Source: Candidatus Fervidifonticultor sextus
Lineage (GTDB): Bacteria; Sysuimicrobiota; Sysuimicrobiia; Sysuimicrobiales; Humicultoraceae
Reading direction: 5' to 3'
Assembly: GCA_031459875.1 (NCBI GenBank)
Contig: JAVKHQ010000023.1
Span: 1 to 41,894, forward strand
Length of the DNA: 41,894 nt
The stretch's first letter is position 1; each line of letters starts with the position of its first letter. The notes beneath the pieces were generated by a model. The model had not been told where the DNA came from. It did not search any database and was given only the letters and a program-made list of their open reading frames with translations. Positions 1-8,844 of this stretch are shown in pieces. Both the position numbers and the translations under genes were made by a program.

Positions 1-138
1 GGCCACCCGGGCCCGGACGAGGTCGCCCGGCGCCCCACCGGCCACGAAGACGACGAGGCCGTCGACCCGGCCGACCCCGCGGCCGCCGTAGGCCAGGCGG
101 TCCACCGCCACGTGCACTTCGTCGCCCTTCTTGAGCAT
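1..138 (-). CDS. TRAM-domain RNA methyltransferase (RlmD/TrmA-like), N-terminal part only, runs off the window edge
   Basis: Manual translation from ATG at 138 gives MLKKGDEVHVAVDRLAYGGRGVGRVDGLVVFVAGGAPGDLVRARVA, the typical TRAM N-terminus of 23S rRNA m5U methyltransferases. Not in the ORF track because it is truncated. Confidence 0.8.
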   Translation of the reverse strand, partial: MLKKGDEVHVAVDRLAYGGRGVGRVDGLVVFVAGGAPGDLVRARVA

Positions 139-240
139 GCGTACCCCGGCCGTCATCGTACCATCGGGATGACAGGCCCGCATCCCTCCGCCGCGGCCCG
201 GGGCAGCAGGCGCGCTCCGGCGCGGCGCGAAGATCTCGGT

Positions 241-810
241 GTGGACGCCTACCGCCGCATCGTCACCAAGCGCGACCTGCGTACCTACACCAACCGGCCC
301 ATCCCGCGCGATGTGCTGGTCAAGATCCTCGAGGCCGGGCGCCGCAGCGGCAGCGCCCGCAACCGCCAGCCATGGGAGTTCGTCGTCGCCACCGACCCCA
401 AGACCCTGGCTCGCCTGGCCCGCTGCGGCCGGTTCGCCAGCCACCTGGCTGCGGCGGCCGTGGTCGTCGTCATTGTGGTGGAATCCGCGCGCGACCTGTT
501 TGACGCGGGCCGCTGCGCCCAGTCCCTCATGCTGGGCGCGTGGTGCCTGGGGATTGCGTCCTGTCCCGCCACCCTCCACCACGAAGCGCAGGCCCGGGAA
601 GTCCTCGGCGTGCCGGAGGGACGGGTGATGGCGACCGCAGTCGCCCTGGGCTATCCGCACCCCCGCGGCCGCGGACGAATCGAGCGGCTCGCGCTTGGCA
701 TCCTGGCGGGCCGCGGCCGCCGGCCGCTGGACGACCTGGTGCACTGGGAACGCTACGGGAACCGCGGCTTCCCCGCGCCGGGGCGCCAGGCCCCCGCCGG
801 CGGCGGCTAG
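241..810 (+). CDS. Nitroreductase family protein
   Basis: VDAYRRIVTKRDLRTY..., AGRRSGSARNRQPWEF, AQSLMLGAWCLGIASCP and VALGYP match nitroreductase FMN-binding motifs. Start is GTG 241, with ATG 169 as an alternative. Confidence 0.85.
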   Translation: MDAYRRIVTKRDLRTYTNRPIPRDVLVKILEAGRRSGSARNRQPWEFVVATDPKTLARLARCGRFASHLAAAAVVVVIVVESARDLFDAGRCAQSLMLGAWCLGIASCPATLHHEAQAREVLGVPEGRVMATAVALGYPHPRGRGRIERLALGILAGRGRRPLDDLVHWERYGNRGFPAPGRQAPAGGG

Positions 811-1616
811 GAAGGCAACTGCCTCCAGTGGGGGCGTGACCAGGCCACGTAGCGCTCGGCCAGCACGTTCAACGGCTTGCGCGCGGCGGTGAACTCCTCG
901 GCCAGCCGCGTCAGAACCTGCGCCAGCACCGGCTGGGAGGCGATCAGCCGGTCAGCCGCCAGCCGGTAGAAACGGCGACCTTCGGCCTCATAGTCCTCCA
1001 GCCGCAGCCGCCGGCGCAGGGGCGCCGCCGTATCCGCGATCCCGAGGGGTCGCCGCGGACCCCGCACCACAGCCTCGGGGAAGATGCCCGTGGTGAACAG
1101 CGCGATGTCGCCGATGCGCCGGAAGACCATCGGACGCAGCCCCGGCGCCACCAGGTTCGCGAGCTGCATCATGTCATCGATGTTGAGCGTGTTCAGGCAC
1201 CAGACCTTGGTACCCGGCGTCCGGCGGCGGATCGTCATGGTCTCTGCCCGTTCGAACGAAACGAGCAGGTCCACCAGGTACGCAAACATCTCGTGCGACC
1301 GCAGCAACTCGTGGGCCGCGCGGGCGTCGAACACCACGACGCGGCCATCCGCGTCCACGCGCTCCACCGTATAGGGGACCTCCGCCAGGTCGCGGCGGAT
1401 TCGGGCCAGGAGCACCGTGAAGAGGAACCGAGGCGAGAGCTCGATGACCGCCCGGTCATCCGCCTGGAGCCGGCGGAGCACCCGATCGTCCTCGATGTGT
1501 TCGGCCAGCTGGTCGGGATCGGCCTCCCAGGCGTGGCGGAGCGCTTCGGCCGCCCGTTCATCGTCGCCTGCCACCACCCGGGCCAGCCACCGAAGGTCGG
1601 TCTCGGTGAACCGCAA
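807..1616 (-). CDS. Conserved hypothetical protein
   Basis: C-terminal 269 aa of the 807..2969 ORF. TTG start follows a GAGGAGGG SD; composition is protein-like (RRIGDIALFTTGIFPE, YEAEGRRFYRLAA). Confidence 0.75.
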   Translation of the reverse strand: MRFTETDLRWLARVVAGDDERAAEALRHAWEADPDQLAEHIEDDRVLRRLQADDRAVIELSPRFLFTVLLARIRRDLAEVPYTVERVDADGRVVVFDARAAHELLRSHEMFAYLVDLLVSFERAETMTIRRRTPGTKVWCLNTLNIDDMMQLANLVAPGLRPMVFRRIGDIALFTTGIFPEAVVRGPRRPLGIADTAAPLRRRLRLEDYEAEGRRFYRLAADRLIASQPVLAQVLTRLAEEFTAARKPLNVLAERYVAWSRPHWRQLPS

Positions 1617-1670
1617 CTCCGCTCCCTCCTCGTGCGCGCCAGGCGTTGCGGAGGTCTGGACTTTCCGCCC

Positions 1671-1727
1671 ATTATAACGTACCCAGGCGCGCCATGGCTT
1701 CCCCGGGCCGGGGCCACCCGGTATAAT
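1671..1727. promoter_or_regulatory. Divergent sigma70-type -10 boxes
   Basis: TATAAT on the minus strand (1671-1676) and on the plus strand (1722-1727), in the gap between divergent genes of a GC-rich sequence. Confidence 0.6.
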
Positions 1728-1736
1728 GCAGGCGTC

Positions 1737-2555
1737 ATGACCCTGTGGCCGCCACGCCGGATGCCGGCCGCTGCGGTGCTGACCGCCCTGGTCGTGATCG
1801 CCGCCTCGGCCGGACCGGGCGGGGCCCAGGGGGTCAGCGTTGACACCCTGCTGGAACGCATCGCCAACGAACCCAATCCCCAGCCGTATGCCATGACGGC
1901 CGACTTCGCGGCCGACTTCACCCTCAGGACGCCGACGGGGGTCGTCACGGTCCACGCCGGGGGGACCATCCTCGAATCGCGGGTGGCGCCCGGCGAGCCG
2001 AGACGGCGGAAGGCGACGGTGACCCGACTGGACGTGCCGCTGCTGCTGCGCCCCTTCCACAACGCGATCCGGAAGGTCGTCACGGATCTCATCGAAGTCG
2101 AACAGAGGCCCTCGGAGTTCCTGCCCGTCCAGGATGTCTTCGTCGCCGAGGAGCGTGGCGGCGGCCGCTACCTGCTGGGCGGGGTCCGGACCGACATCGT
2201 CAACGACGTGATGACGAAGTACGGGCAGCAGGCGCTGCTCCGGGACCCCGCCGCCCGGCGGGCCATCGCCAGGTGGCTGTGGTCGCCCGGCCAGCGGGGG
2301 ACCATCGTGCGCGCCGGACCGGGCCCGTACATGCTCGAGGCGGTGGTGGACGAGTCGGGCCTCGTCCACGAGTTGCGGCTCTTCTACGACTGGGGGCAGG
2401 TTGGCAACCGCATCACATTCGTGGTGGTGGGCGGGCGGCCGTTCTGGCGCGAGGTCGTCAGCCACACCTCCTCGGAGGTCTCGGGGATGGGGCGTGTGGA
2501 CGGCCGGATGGTCCTCCAGGTCAGCAACCACTGCCTGAACTGCCCGGCGCGGTAG
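1737..2555 (+). CDS. Secreted hypothetical protein with a C-terminal CxxC
   Basis: Signal-peptide-like N-terminus (MTLWPPRRMPAAAVLTALVVIAASAG...AQ), beta-rich body, ends NHCLNCPAR. Confidence 0.7.
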   Translation: MTLWPPRRMPAAAVLTALVVIAASAGPGGAQGVSVDTLLERIANEPNPQPYAMTADFAADFTLRTPTGVVTVHAGGTILESRVAPGEPRRRKATVTRLDVPLLLRPFHNAIRKVVTDLIEVEQRPSEFLPVQDVFVAEERGGGRYLLGGVRTDIVNDVMTKYGQQALLRDPAARRAIARWLWSPGQRGTIVRAGPGPYMLEAVVDESGLVHELRLFYDWGQVGNRITFVVVGGRPFWREVVSHTSSEVSGMGRVDGRMVLQVSNHCLNCPAR

Positions 2556-2605
2556 GCTGGGGCCTTCGCCCCCGGACCGATCCGTCAGGAGGGTCCGTCC
2601 CGCCA

Positions 2606-2860
2606 TCACCGGGAGACCGGGGGGATCTCGTCGATCTTCTGCAGCCCGCGCAGCAGGCCCGGAGGCGGCCGCCACCCGATCCGGATCCGGAACGCCAGCT
2701 GCCCGCCCGACTGTTCGAAGAAGCGGGGGGACGCGTCGCACCCCAGCTGGCGGAGGCGGCTGACCAGCCGATCCTGGAGCTGCCAGCGTTCCACGTCGGT
2801 GCGGGGGCGGTGGGCCGTCGTGACTTCGGCCCACAGCAGGACCTGACGGACCGTCGCGAT
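2606..2860 (-). CDS. Possible small hypothetical protein (non-canonical ATC start)
   Basis: An open frame fills the 2556-2911 gap. AGAGAGGG lies 8 nt upstream of ATC at 2860; there is no canonical start in that stretch. Confidence 0.35.
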   Translation of the reverse strand: MATVRQVLLWAEVTTAHRPRTDVERWQLQDRLVSRLRQLGCDASPRFFEQSGGQLAFRIRIGWRPPPGLLRGLQKIDEIPPVSR

Positions 2861-2875
2861 AGGCGAAACCCTCTC

Positions 2876-2884
2876 TGCTACAAT
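2876..2884 (+). promoter_or_regulatory. Extended -10 promoter (TGnTACAAT)
   Basis: TGCTACAAT about 27 nt upstream of ATG 2912. Confidence 0.55.
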
Positions 2885-2911
2885 AGGCGCGGAGGTCGGA
2901 GAACCCGTCCC

Positions 2912-3262
2912 ATGCGTATTGAATTCCTCTACTGGGAGGATTGTCCTTCGCACGAAGAGGCACTGGCACGGCTGCGCCAGGTGCTGGCGGAGGAAGGCCT
3001 GCCCGATGCGGTCGAGGTGATCCGCATCGACACGCAGGCCGACGCGGAGCGCCACCGCTTCCCCGGCTCGCCGACGATCCGCATCGACGGCGTCGACCTG
3101 CAGCCCGAGGGCGCCCAGGGCCAGGCCATGCTCACCTGCCGTACGTACCTCACCGAGGCCGGCCGGCTCTCACCGCTGCCGACCGCCACCATGATCCGGA
3201 GGGCGCTGCAGGCGCGCCGCCAGCACGACAAGGAGGTTCCCCATGCCGCTGGCCCTGCGTGA
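2912..3262 (+). CDS. Small thioredoxin-fold protein (DUF2703-like)
   Basis: MRIEFLYWEDCPSH..., FPGSPTIRIDGVDL (cis-Pro loop) and LTCRTY. ATG at 2912. Confidence 0.75.
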   Translation: MRIEFLYWEDCPSHEEALARLRQVLAEEGLPDAVEVIRIDTQADAERHRFPGSPTIRIDGVDLQPEGAQGQAMLTCRTYLTEAGRLSPLPTATMIRRALQARRQHDKEVPHAAGPA

Positions 3263-3776
3263 ACGTCTTATCCCATTCTCGCTGCCTGCCACGGACGGCA
3301 CCGTCGTCTCCACCGACCAGTACGGCGACCGACCGATCCTCGCCGTGATCTTCTGGTGCAACCACTGCCCCTACGTGAAGGCGTGGGAAGACCGGGTGAT
3401 CGCTCTCCAGCGCGAGTACGCGGGCCGGGGGGTGCAGTTCCTGCTGGTCAACGCCAACGATCCCGTGAAGTACCCTGAGGATTCGTTGGAAGCCATGCGG
3501 GCACGCGCGCGGGAGAAGGCCTACCCGTTCCCCTACCTCTTCGACGAATCCCAGGAGATCGCGCGCCGCTACGGGGCGACCCGGACGCCGGAGATCTTCC
3601 TGTTCGATCGGGATCGGGTCCTGCGCTACCACGGCGCCCCGGACGACAACTATGAGGACCCGGCGGCCGTGACCGCGCCCTACCTGCGCGATGCCATCGA
3701 CGCCCTGCTGGCCGGCCGCGAGCCAGAGGTGACGGCGACACCGCCCCGGGGCTGCACGATCAAGTGGAAGGGCTGA
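3243..3776 (+). CDS. Thioredoxin/AhpC-TSA (peroxiredoxin-like) family protein
   Basis: FWCNHCPYV CxxC motif, YPFPYLFDESQEIARRYGATRTPEIF, GCTIKW. SD AAGGAGG. Confidence 0.9.
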   Translation: MPLALRERLIPFSLPATDGTVVSTDQYGDRPILAVIFWCNHCPYVKAWEDRVIALQREYAGRGVQFLLVNANDPVKYPEDSLEAMRARAREKAYPFPYLFDESQEIARRYGATRTPEIFLFDRDRVLRYHGAPDDNYEDPAAVTAPYLRDAIDALLAGREPEVTATPPRGCTIKWKG

Positions 3777-3788
3777 CCGACCGACCTG

Positions 3789-4790
3789 TCAGCGGCTGAG
3801 GTCCAGGACCGCGGCCGCTCGCAGCGCGCGGCGCTTGAGCCGCAGCAGCACGTCGTTGGCCGCCTCCAGCGGGAAGACCTCGGCCTCCACGCGCACAGAG
3901 GTCGCGGCCGCTTGGGCCAGGAAGTCGCGGGCGTCGGCGCGGGTCAGGTTGCTGACGGTGCGCAGGACCCGCTCCCCGTACAGCCTCGTATAGGGCATCT
4001 CGGGGATGCGGTCCATCGTCACGGCGTTGACGGTCACCGTACCTCCCGGCCGGACGGCCTCCAGCGCCGCGGCGACCACCTCGCCGGCGGGCGCAAAGAC
4101 GATGGCTCGGTCGAAGGGACGCGGTGGGCGGGTACCGGGTTCGCCGATCCAGGAGGCGCCCAGGGCTTCGGCGAGCGCCCGGTGTCCGGCGCCGCGCGTG
4201 ACGACCCCGACCTCACAGCCCCAGGTCCGCGCCACCTGGATAGCCAGGTGGGCCGAGGCGCCAAATCCGAAGAGGCCCACCCGTTCGCCGGGCTGTACGC
4301 CGGCGACCCGCAGCGCCCGGAAGCCGATGGCCCCGGCACACAGGAGCGGCGCGGCGTGCGCCGGGTCGAAGACCTCCGGCACCGGCACCACAAACGCCGC
4401 CTTGGCCACGGCGTAGTCGGCGTACCCGCCGTCGGTGTCGTAGCCGGTGAAGCGCGCCCGCTCGCACAGATTCTCCTCCCCGCGCCGGCACGCCGGGCAC
4501 ACCCCATCCGCCCAGGCCAGCCAGGTCACCCCAACGCGGGCGCCTACGGCTGAGGCGTCCACCTCCGGCCCGACCCGGTCCACGACGCCTACGATCTGAT
4601 GCCCCAGGATCAGCGGCGACCGCCGCAGCGGCAGGTCGCCTTCCGCGACGTGGAGGTCGGTGTGGCAGACTCCGCACGCCGCCACGCGGATGCGGACGTC
4701 GCCGGGCCCGGGCTCCGGGGGTTCGGCCGACTCCAGGCGCAGGGGCGTCGTCTCGATGGGCGCGGGTGCCTGCAGGCGGACGGCGCGCAT
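3789..4790 (-). CDS. Zinc-dependent alcohol dehydrogenase family protein
   Basis: CGVCHTDLH, GHQIVG, CPACRRGEENLC, APLLCAG, GFGASA. Confidence 0.92.
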   Translation of the reverse strand: MRAVRLQAPAPIETTPLRLESAEPPEPGPGDVRIRVAACGVCHTDLHVAEGDLPLRRSPLILGHQIVGVVDRVGPEVDASAVGARVGVTWLAWADGVCPACRRGEENLCERARFTGYDTDGGYADYAVAKAAFVVPVPEVFDPAHAAPLLCAGAIGFRALRVAGVQPGERVGLFGFGASAHLAIQVARTWGCEVGVVTRGAGHRALAEALGASWIGEPGTRPPRPFDRAIVFAPAGEVVAAALEAVRPGGTVTVNAVTMDRIPEMPYTRLYGERVLRTVSNLTRADARDFLAQAAATSVRVEAEVFPLEAANDVLLRLKRRALRAAAVLDLSR

Positions 4791-4797
4791 GGCCGGC

Positions 4798-5457
4798 TCA
4801 GCGCACGCCGGCCTGGACGATGCGGCCGCCGGCGAAGCGCGCCAGGCGCTGGGCGGTCGCGGCCACGTGCGCGGCCAGGCGCGCGGGCTCGTACGAAGAC
4901 GGCGCGTAGATCAGCATCAGGCACCGGCGGGTGGCGTCGGTGATCATGGTCCGCTGCGAATCGCTGGTCGGGCTCCCACACGGCCCAACGGAATCGGCAG
5001 CCACCAGGCGGCCGTCTGCGGCGTACCACCCCTTGCCGATCGCCTCGTAGCCCTCCCCGGGGAGGCCCCGGCGCACCACGATCCCCCCGGTCGTGCGGTC
5101 CAGGTCGTGCAGCCCGATCGGCAGGAGGAACTCCAGCGAGCAGAGGTTGCAGATGTCCACCAGCGAGTTGATGCGGGGCAGACCCCTTCTGCGCAGGACC
5201 CGGCGCAGCAGCGCCTCCGACGAGGGGCGGAGTTTGGTCGGGTCGACGCCAATGCGGTGGTAGAGCTCGCGCGCCGGCCGCAGGCCATCGATGCCGGAGG
5301 GTTCGCGGCCCGTGTATGCCTCCCGCAGCCGCGCCGAGACGGCCTCGATCTCGGCCCACACCCCGGGATCATGATCCCGCACCGTCACCGCCTCCGCCTC
5401 GACGACCCCCAGGCGCAGGTATGGCGCCACGGCTGGGTCGATCCTCACCTCGGTCAC
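4798..5457 (-). CDS. B3/4-domain (PheRS beta editing-like) protein
   Basis: GVDPTKLRPSSEALLRRV, LPRINSLVDICNLCSL...PIGLHDLD, GSPTSDSQRT. Confidence 0.88.
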   Translation of the reverse strand: MTEVRIDPAVAPYLRLGVVEAEAVTVRDHDPGVWAEIEAVSARLREAYTGREPSGIDGLRPARELYHRIGVDPTKLRPSSEALLRRVLRRRGLPRINSLVDICNLCSLEFLLPIGLHDLDRTTGGIVVRRGLPGEGYEAIGKGWYAADGRLVAADSVGPCGSPTSDSQRTMITDATRRCLMLIYAPSSYEPARLAAHVAATAQRLARFAGGRIVQAGVR

Positions 5458-5576
5458 GCGGTCTCCCCCTCTCTCAGGCCCCCGGGCGATCCTCCGCCGC
5501 CATCATGCCGCAGCCGATATCCCTCCGCAAGGACATCGCGGCAGGCGCCGGACCCTCTGACGGCGTAGTGGGAGGT

Positions 5577-6116
5577 ATGGCGCGCTGGATCCCGGCGGTC
5601 TGCGGGCTGTGTCTGGCGGCGGGGTGTACCCGGTCGGCGGGCCTCCCGCTGCAGCCGTATGTCAGCGCGCCCCACGGGTTTGTGGTCTCGCGCCCTACCT
5701 CCTGGCATCTGGTGGAGACCGAGGAAGGCCAGCGGATCTGGTTTTTGCCGAAGCCGCCCCCAGCGGGTGAGGTGCCCGAGGCGCAAGCCACCGAGTTCAT
5801 CGTGGTCATGACGCGGACCGCCGACGGACCGTTGCCGGAGTTCGAGGTCCGCCGCCTGGCCATGACCCTGCTGCCGATGCACGGGGTCTCGGGCTTTCAG
5901 CGCACACCGGAGAGCACCGAGCGGGTGGCCTGGTACCGCTTCGAACTCACCGGGTCCACCCGCGGCCGCGAGTGGGCGTCGCTCGGCCTCCTGGTCACGG
6001 GGCCGAGGCGGCTGCACTACGCGGTCTGCGCCGCGCCACTCGAGGCCTGGCGCGAGCGCCAGAAACTCTGCGAGGCCGTGCTCCGCTCGTTCCAGCCGGG
6101 AGACCTGGCCTACTGA
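5577..6116 (+). CDS. Putative lipoprotein (possibly PsbP-like fold)
   Basis: GGAGGT directly before ATG 5577; lipobox-like LAAGC; GFVVSRPTSW and terminal VLRSFQP resemble PsbP-type proteins. Confidence 0.6.
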   Translation: MARWIPAVCGLCLAAGCTRSAGLPLQPYVSAPHGFVVSRPTSWHLVETEEGQRIWFLPKPPPAGEVPEAQATEFIVVMTRTADGPLPEFEVRRLAMTLLPMHGVSGFQRTPESTERVAWYRFELTGSTRGREWASLGLLVTGPRRLHYAVCAAPLEAWRERQKLCEAVLRSFQPGDLAY

Positions 6117-6131
6117 GGGAGGAACCCGCCC

Positions 6132-6560
6132 ATGGCGATGACGCGAACCCAGAAGGCCGACCTGCTGCGCCGTGTCGAGTTGTTCTCCGGCGTCCCGGCG
6201 CGGGCGCTGGGACTGATCGCGGATAAGACCGTCGAGGTGGCCTTCGAGCCGGGTCAGTACATCGTGCGTCAGGGTCAGGTCGGCACGGGGTTCTACCTCG
6301 TTGTCAGCGGACGGGTCCGTGTGGTGCGCGGCGGTCAGATCCTAGCCCGGCTGGGGCCGGGCGAGTTCTTCGGGGAACTCTCGGTCCTCGACCAGTCACC
6401 GAGGGTGGCGCATGTCCTGGCGGAGGAACCCACGACCTGCCTGGCTCTGGCGTCCTGGGACTTCACGGAACTGCTGGAGAAGAACCCGAAGATTGCCCTG
6501 GGGCTGCTGCGGACCCTGGCCCGCCGGCTGCGCGCGGCGACGGATCAGGCGCACGATTGA
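6132..6560 (+). CDS. Stand-alone cyclic nucleotide-binding domain protein
   Basis: IVRQGQVGTGFYLVVSG and LGPGEFFGELSVLDQSPRVAHV (phosphate-binding cassette). No HTH. SD GAGGGAGG. Confidence 0.9.
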   Translation: MAMTRTQKADLLRRVELFSGVPARALGLIADKTVEVAFEPGQYIVRQGQVGTGFYLVVSGRVRVVRGGQILARLGPGEFFGELSVLDQSPRVAHVLAEEPTTCLALASWDFTELLEKNPKIALGLLRTLARRLRAATDQAHD

Positions 6561-8821
6561 GGCCTCGGAGGGGCCTCGACGGTCCCATGCGCGGTCTGCG
6601 CGGGTCGGGCTCCCATCATCCGCCAGAGGTGCTCGGGTGTGATGGGGAGTTCCGTCACCGCCACACCGGTGGCCGCCTGGACGGCGTTGCCCACCGCAGG
6701 GGCCACGGCCACAATGCCGCCTTCGGCCACCCCCTTGGCGCCGTACGGTCCCGGCCCACCACCGTGCTCCACGACCTCGCTGCGAAACTCTTCCGGTACG
6801 TCCTCCGCCAGCGGCACCCGGTACTCCAACAGGCTCCCGTTCAGCAGGTGCCCCCCTTCGAACCGCAGCGCCTCGAATAGCGCGTGCCCCAGCCCCTGCA
6901 CTACCGCCCCCTCGTCCTGCCCTTCGCACAGGTCCCGGTTGATCGCCTTTCCCGCGTCCACCACCGACACGTACCGCACCACCCGCACCGCTCCCGTCTC
7001 TGGGTCCACCTCCACCTCCGCCGCCCCGACCCCCATTTCCCAGAACGACCGGTCATGCTCGCCCGGCCGCGACCTGACATACCCTCGCCCGATCACCTCG
7101 CCCGCCGGCATTCCAAACGCCCCCGCCACGACCTCCGCGTATGTCGCCCGTCGCGCGCCCGCCCGGACTTCTCCGCCGCCGGCCTCCACCGCCTCGACCG
7201 GCACCCCCCACCACTCCGCCGCAAACTCCCGCACCTGCGCCAGCACGTCCCGTGCCGCCTCCTGCACCGCCAGCCCCATCGACACCGTTGTGCGGCTCAT
7301 GCTGGTGGCCTGATCGTAGGGGACGGCCGCAGTGTCTGGCGGGGAGAGCATCACCTGCTGCAGCGGCACACCCAGCTCAAGCGACACAATCTGCCGGAGG
7401 ATGGTCGAGGCCCCCTGCCCGATCTCCACGCTGCCGCTGCTGACCGTAGCGCTGCCGTCGGCGTGCAGCCGCACCACAGCCGTAGACACCGTCCTGCTCC
7501 CGCCGCCGTCCTTGAACCCGAAAGCGATCCCCCGGCCGCGGCCGCGCGGTAGCGGTTTCCCCCACCCGATCAGCTCGGCGGCTCGCTCCAGCATCTCCAG
7601 CGGCTCGCAGTCCATCGGCGGCTTCCCCGGCCGCACGACCTCGCCGCGGCGCACCACGTTGCGCCGCCGCACCTCCAGCGGATCCAGTCCCAGGCGGTGA
7701 GCCACGAGGTCCATCTGCCGTTCTGTGGCCCACGCCACCTGGGGGCCGCCAAACCCGCGCATCGAGCCTGCCGGAACCTTCGTCGTGTAGACACAGTACA
7801 CGTCCACCCGGGCGTGCGGCGTCCGGTACGGCCCCAGCGCCCGCAGCGCCACCTTGTTGGCCACCCGTGGCCCGGTGTCGGCATAGGCGCCCGTGTCCAG
7901 GTAGACGGTGTACTGACGCGCCACCAGGGTGCCGTCCCGGCGCACCCCGACCTTGACCGTGCAGACGGCCGCGTGACGCGTCAGGAGCTGAAACACCTCC
8001 TCCCCGTCCAGGATCAGCCGCACCGGCCTCCCCGCCTTGCGCGCCAGGGCTACGGTCAGCGGCTCCAGCTTCGAGTAGGCCTTCATCCCGAATCCGCCGC
8101 CGACCCACGGCGCCATGACCCGCACGCGGCTGAGCGGCAGCCCGAACAGCCGGGCGAGGTCCCAGGCGACGGGAAACGGGTGCTGGGTGGACGACCACAC
8201 CACCACGCCGTCATCCATCCAGTGCGCGACCACCGCGTGCGGCTCCAGCGGAAGGGGCGCCACGGCCGGCACCAGGAAGCGGTCCTCGAAGACCAAGTCG
8301 GCTTCGGCCAGACCTTGCTCGACGTCGCCCTGCACGAACTGTGCGTGGTGGCAGATGTTGGTCTGTGGCACCGGACGCAGGTTGGCCAGATCACCGAACA
8401 GACCCGAGGGCTCCAGCGTCTCGTGGAGCAACGGCGCTCCCGGGGCGATCGCCGCTTCGACGGTGGGCAGGTCTGAAAGCGGCCTGTACTCCACGTCAAT
8501 CAGTTGGCAGGCGGCGTCGGCGGTCGACGTGTCCACGGCCGCCACCGCAGCGACCGGTTCGCCGACGAAGCGCACGCGATCCGTCGCCACGATGGGCTGG
8601 TCCCGGTAGGCCACGCCGAAGTAGGGGGCGGGCGGGAGGTCATCGCGGGTCAGCACGGCCACCACACCGGGCAGCGCAGCGGCCCGCGAGACGTCCACCC
8701 ACTCGACAAGGGCGTGGGGGTAGGGGCTGCGCACCACCCTGGCGGCGAGCGCCTCCGGCACGGGTAGATCCGCCGTGAACCGGGCTGCGCCGGTGACCTT
8801 GTGTTCCGCATCGAGCCGCAT
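6545..8821 (-). CDS. Xanthine dehydrogenase/aldehyde oxidoreductase family molybdopterin-binding large subunit
   Basis: KVTGAARFTADL, VRSPYPHA, VGGGFGMK, GSMRGFGGPQ, EIGQG, GPYGAKGVAE. Confidence 0.93.
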   Translation of the reverse strand: MRLDAEHKVTGAARFTADLPVPEALAARVVRSPYPHALVEWVDVSRAAALPGVVAVLTRDDLPPAPYFGVAYRDQPIVATDRVRFVGEPVAAVAAVDTSTADAACQLIDVEYRPLSDLPTVEAAIAPGAPLLHETLEPSGLFGDLANLRPVPQTNICHHAQFVQGDVEQGLAEADLVFEDRFLVPAVAPLPLEPHAVVAHWMDDGVVVWSSTQHPFPVAWDLARLFGLPLSRVRVMAPWVGGGFGMKAYSKLEPLTVALARKAGRPVRLILDGEEVFQLLTRHAAVCTVKVGVRRDGTLVARQYTVYLDTGAYADTGPRVANKVALRALGPYRTPHARVDVYCVYTTKVPAGSMRGFGGPQVAWATERQMDLVAHRLGLDPLEVRRRNVVRRGEVVRPGKPPMDCEPLEMLERAAELIGWGKPLPRGRGRGIAFGFKDGGGSRTVSTAVVRLHADGSATVSSGSVEIGQGASTILRQIVSLELGVPLQQVMLSPPDTAAVPYDQATSMSRTTVSMGLAVQEAARDVLAQVREFAAEWWGVPVEAVEAGGGEVRAGARRATYAEVVAGAFGMPAGEVIGRGYVRSRPGEHDRSFWEMGVGAAEVEVDPETGAVRVVRYVSVVDAGKAINRDLCEGQDEGAVVQGLGHALFEALRFEGGHLLNGSLLEYRVPLAEDVPEEFRSEVVEHGGGPGPYGAKGVAEGGIVAVAPAVGNAVQAATGVAVTELPITPEHLWRMMGARPAQTAHGTVEAPPRPQSCA

Positions 8822-8844
8822 GCCCGCCTCCGATCCGGTGCTAC

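Noticed and set aside
807..2969. 720-aa ORF as one protein
   Set aside because: The N-terminal ~450 aa is antisense shadow of the 1737-2555 gene. Only the part from TTG 1616 has an SD and a promoter.
2912..3776. Selenoproteins among the thioredoxin-fold genes
   Set aside because: The redox positions are Cys codons; there is no in-frame TGA.
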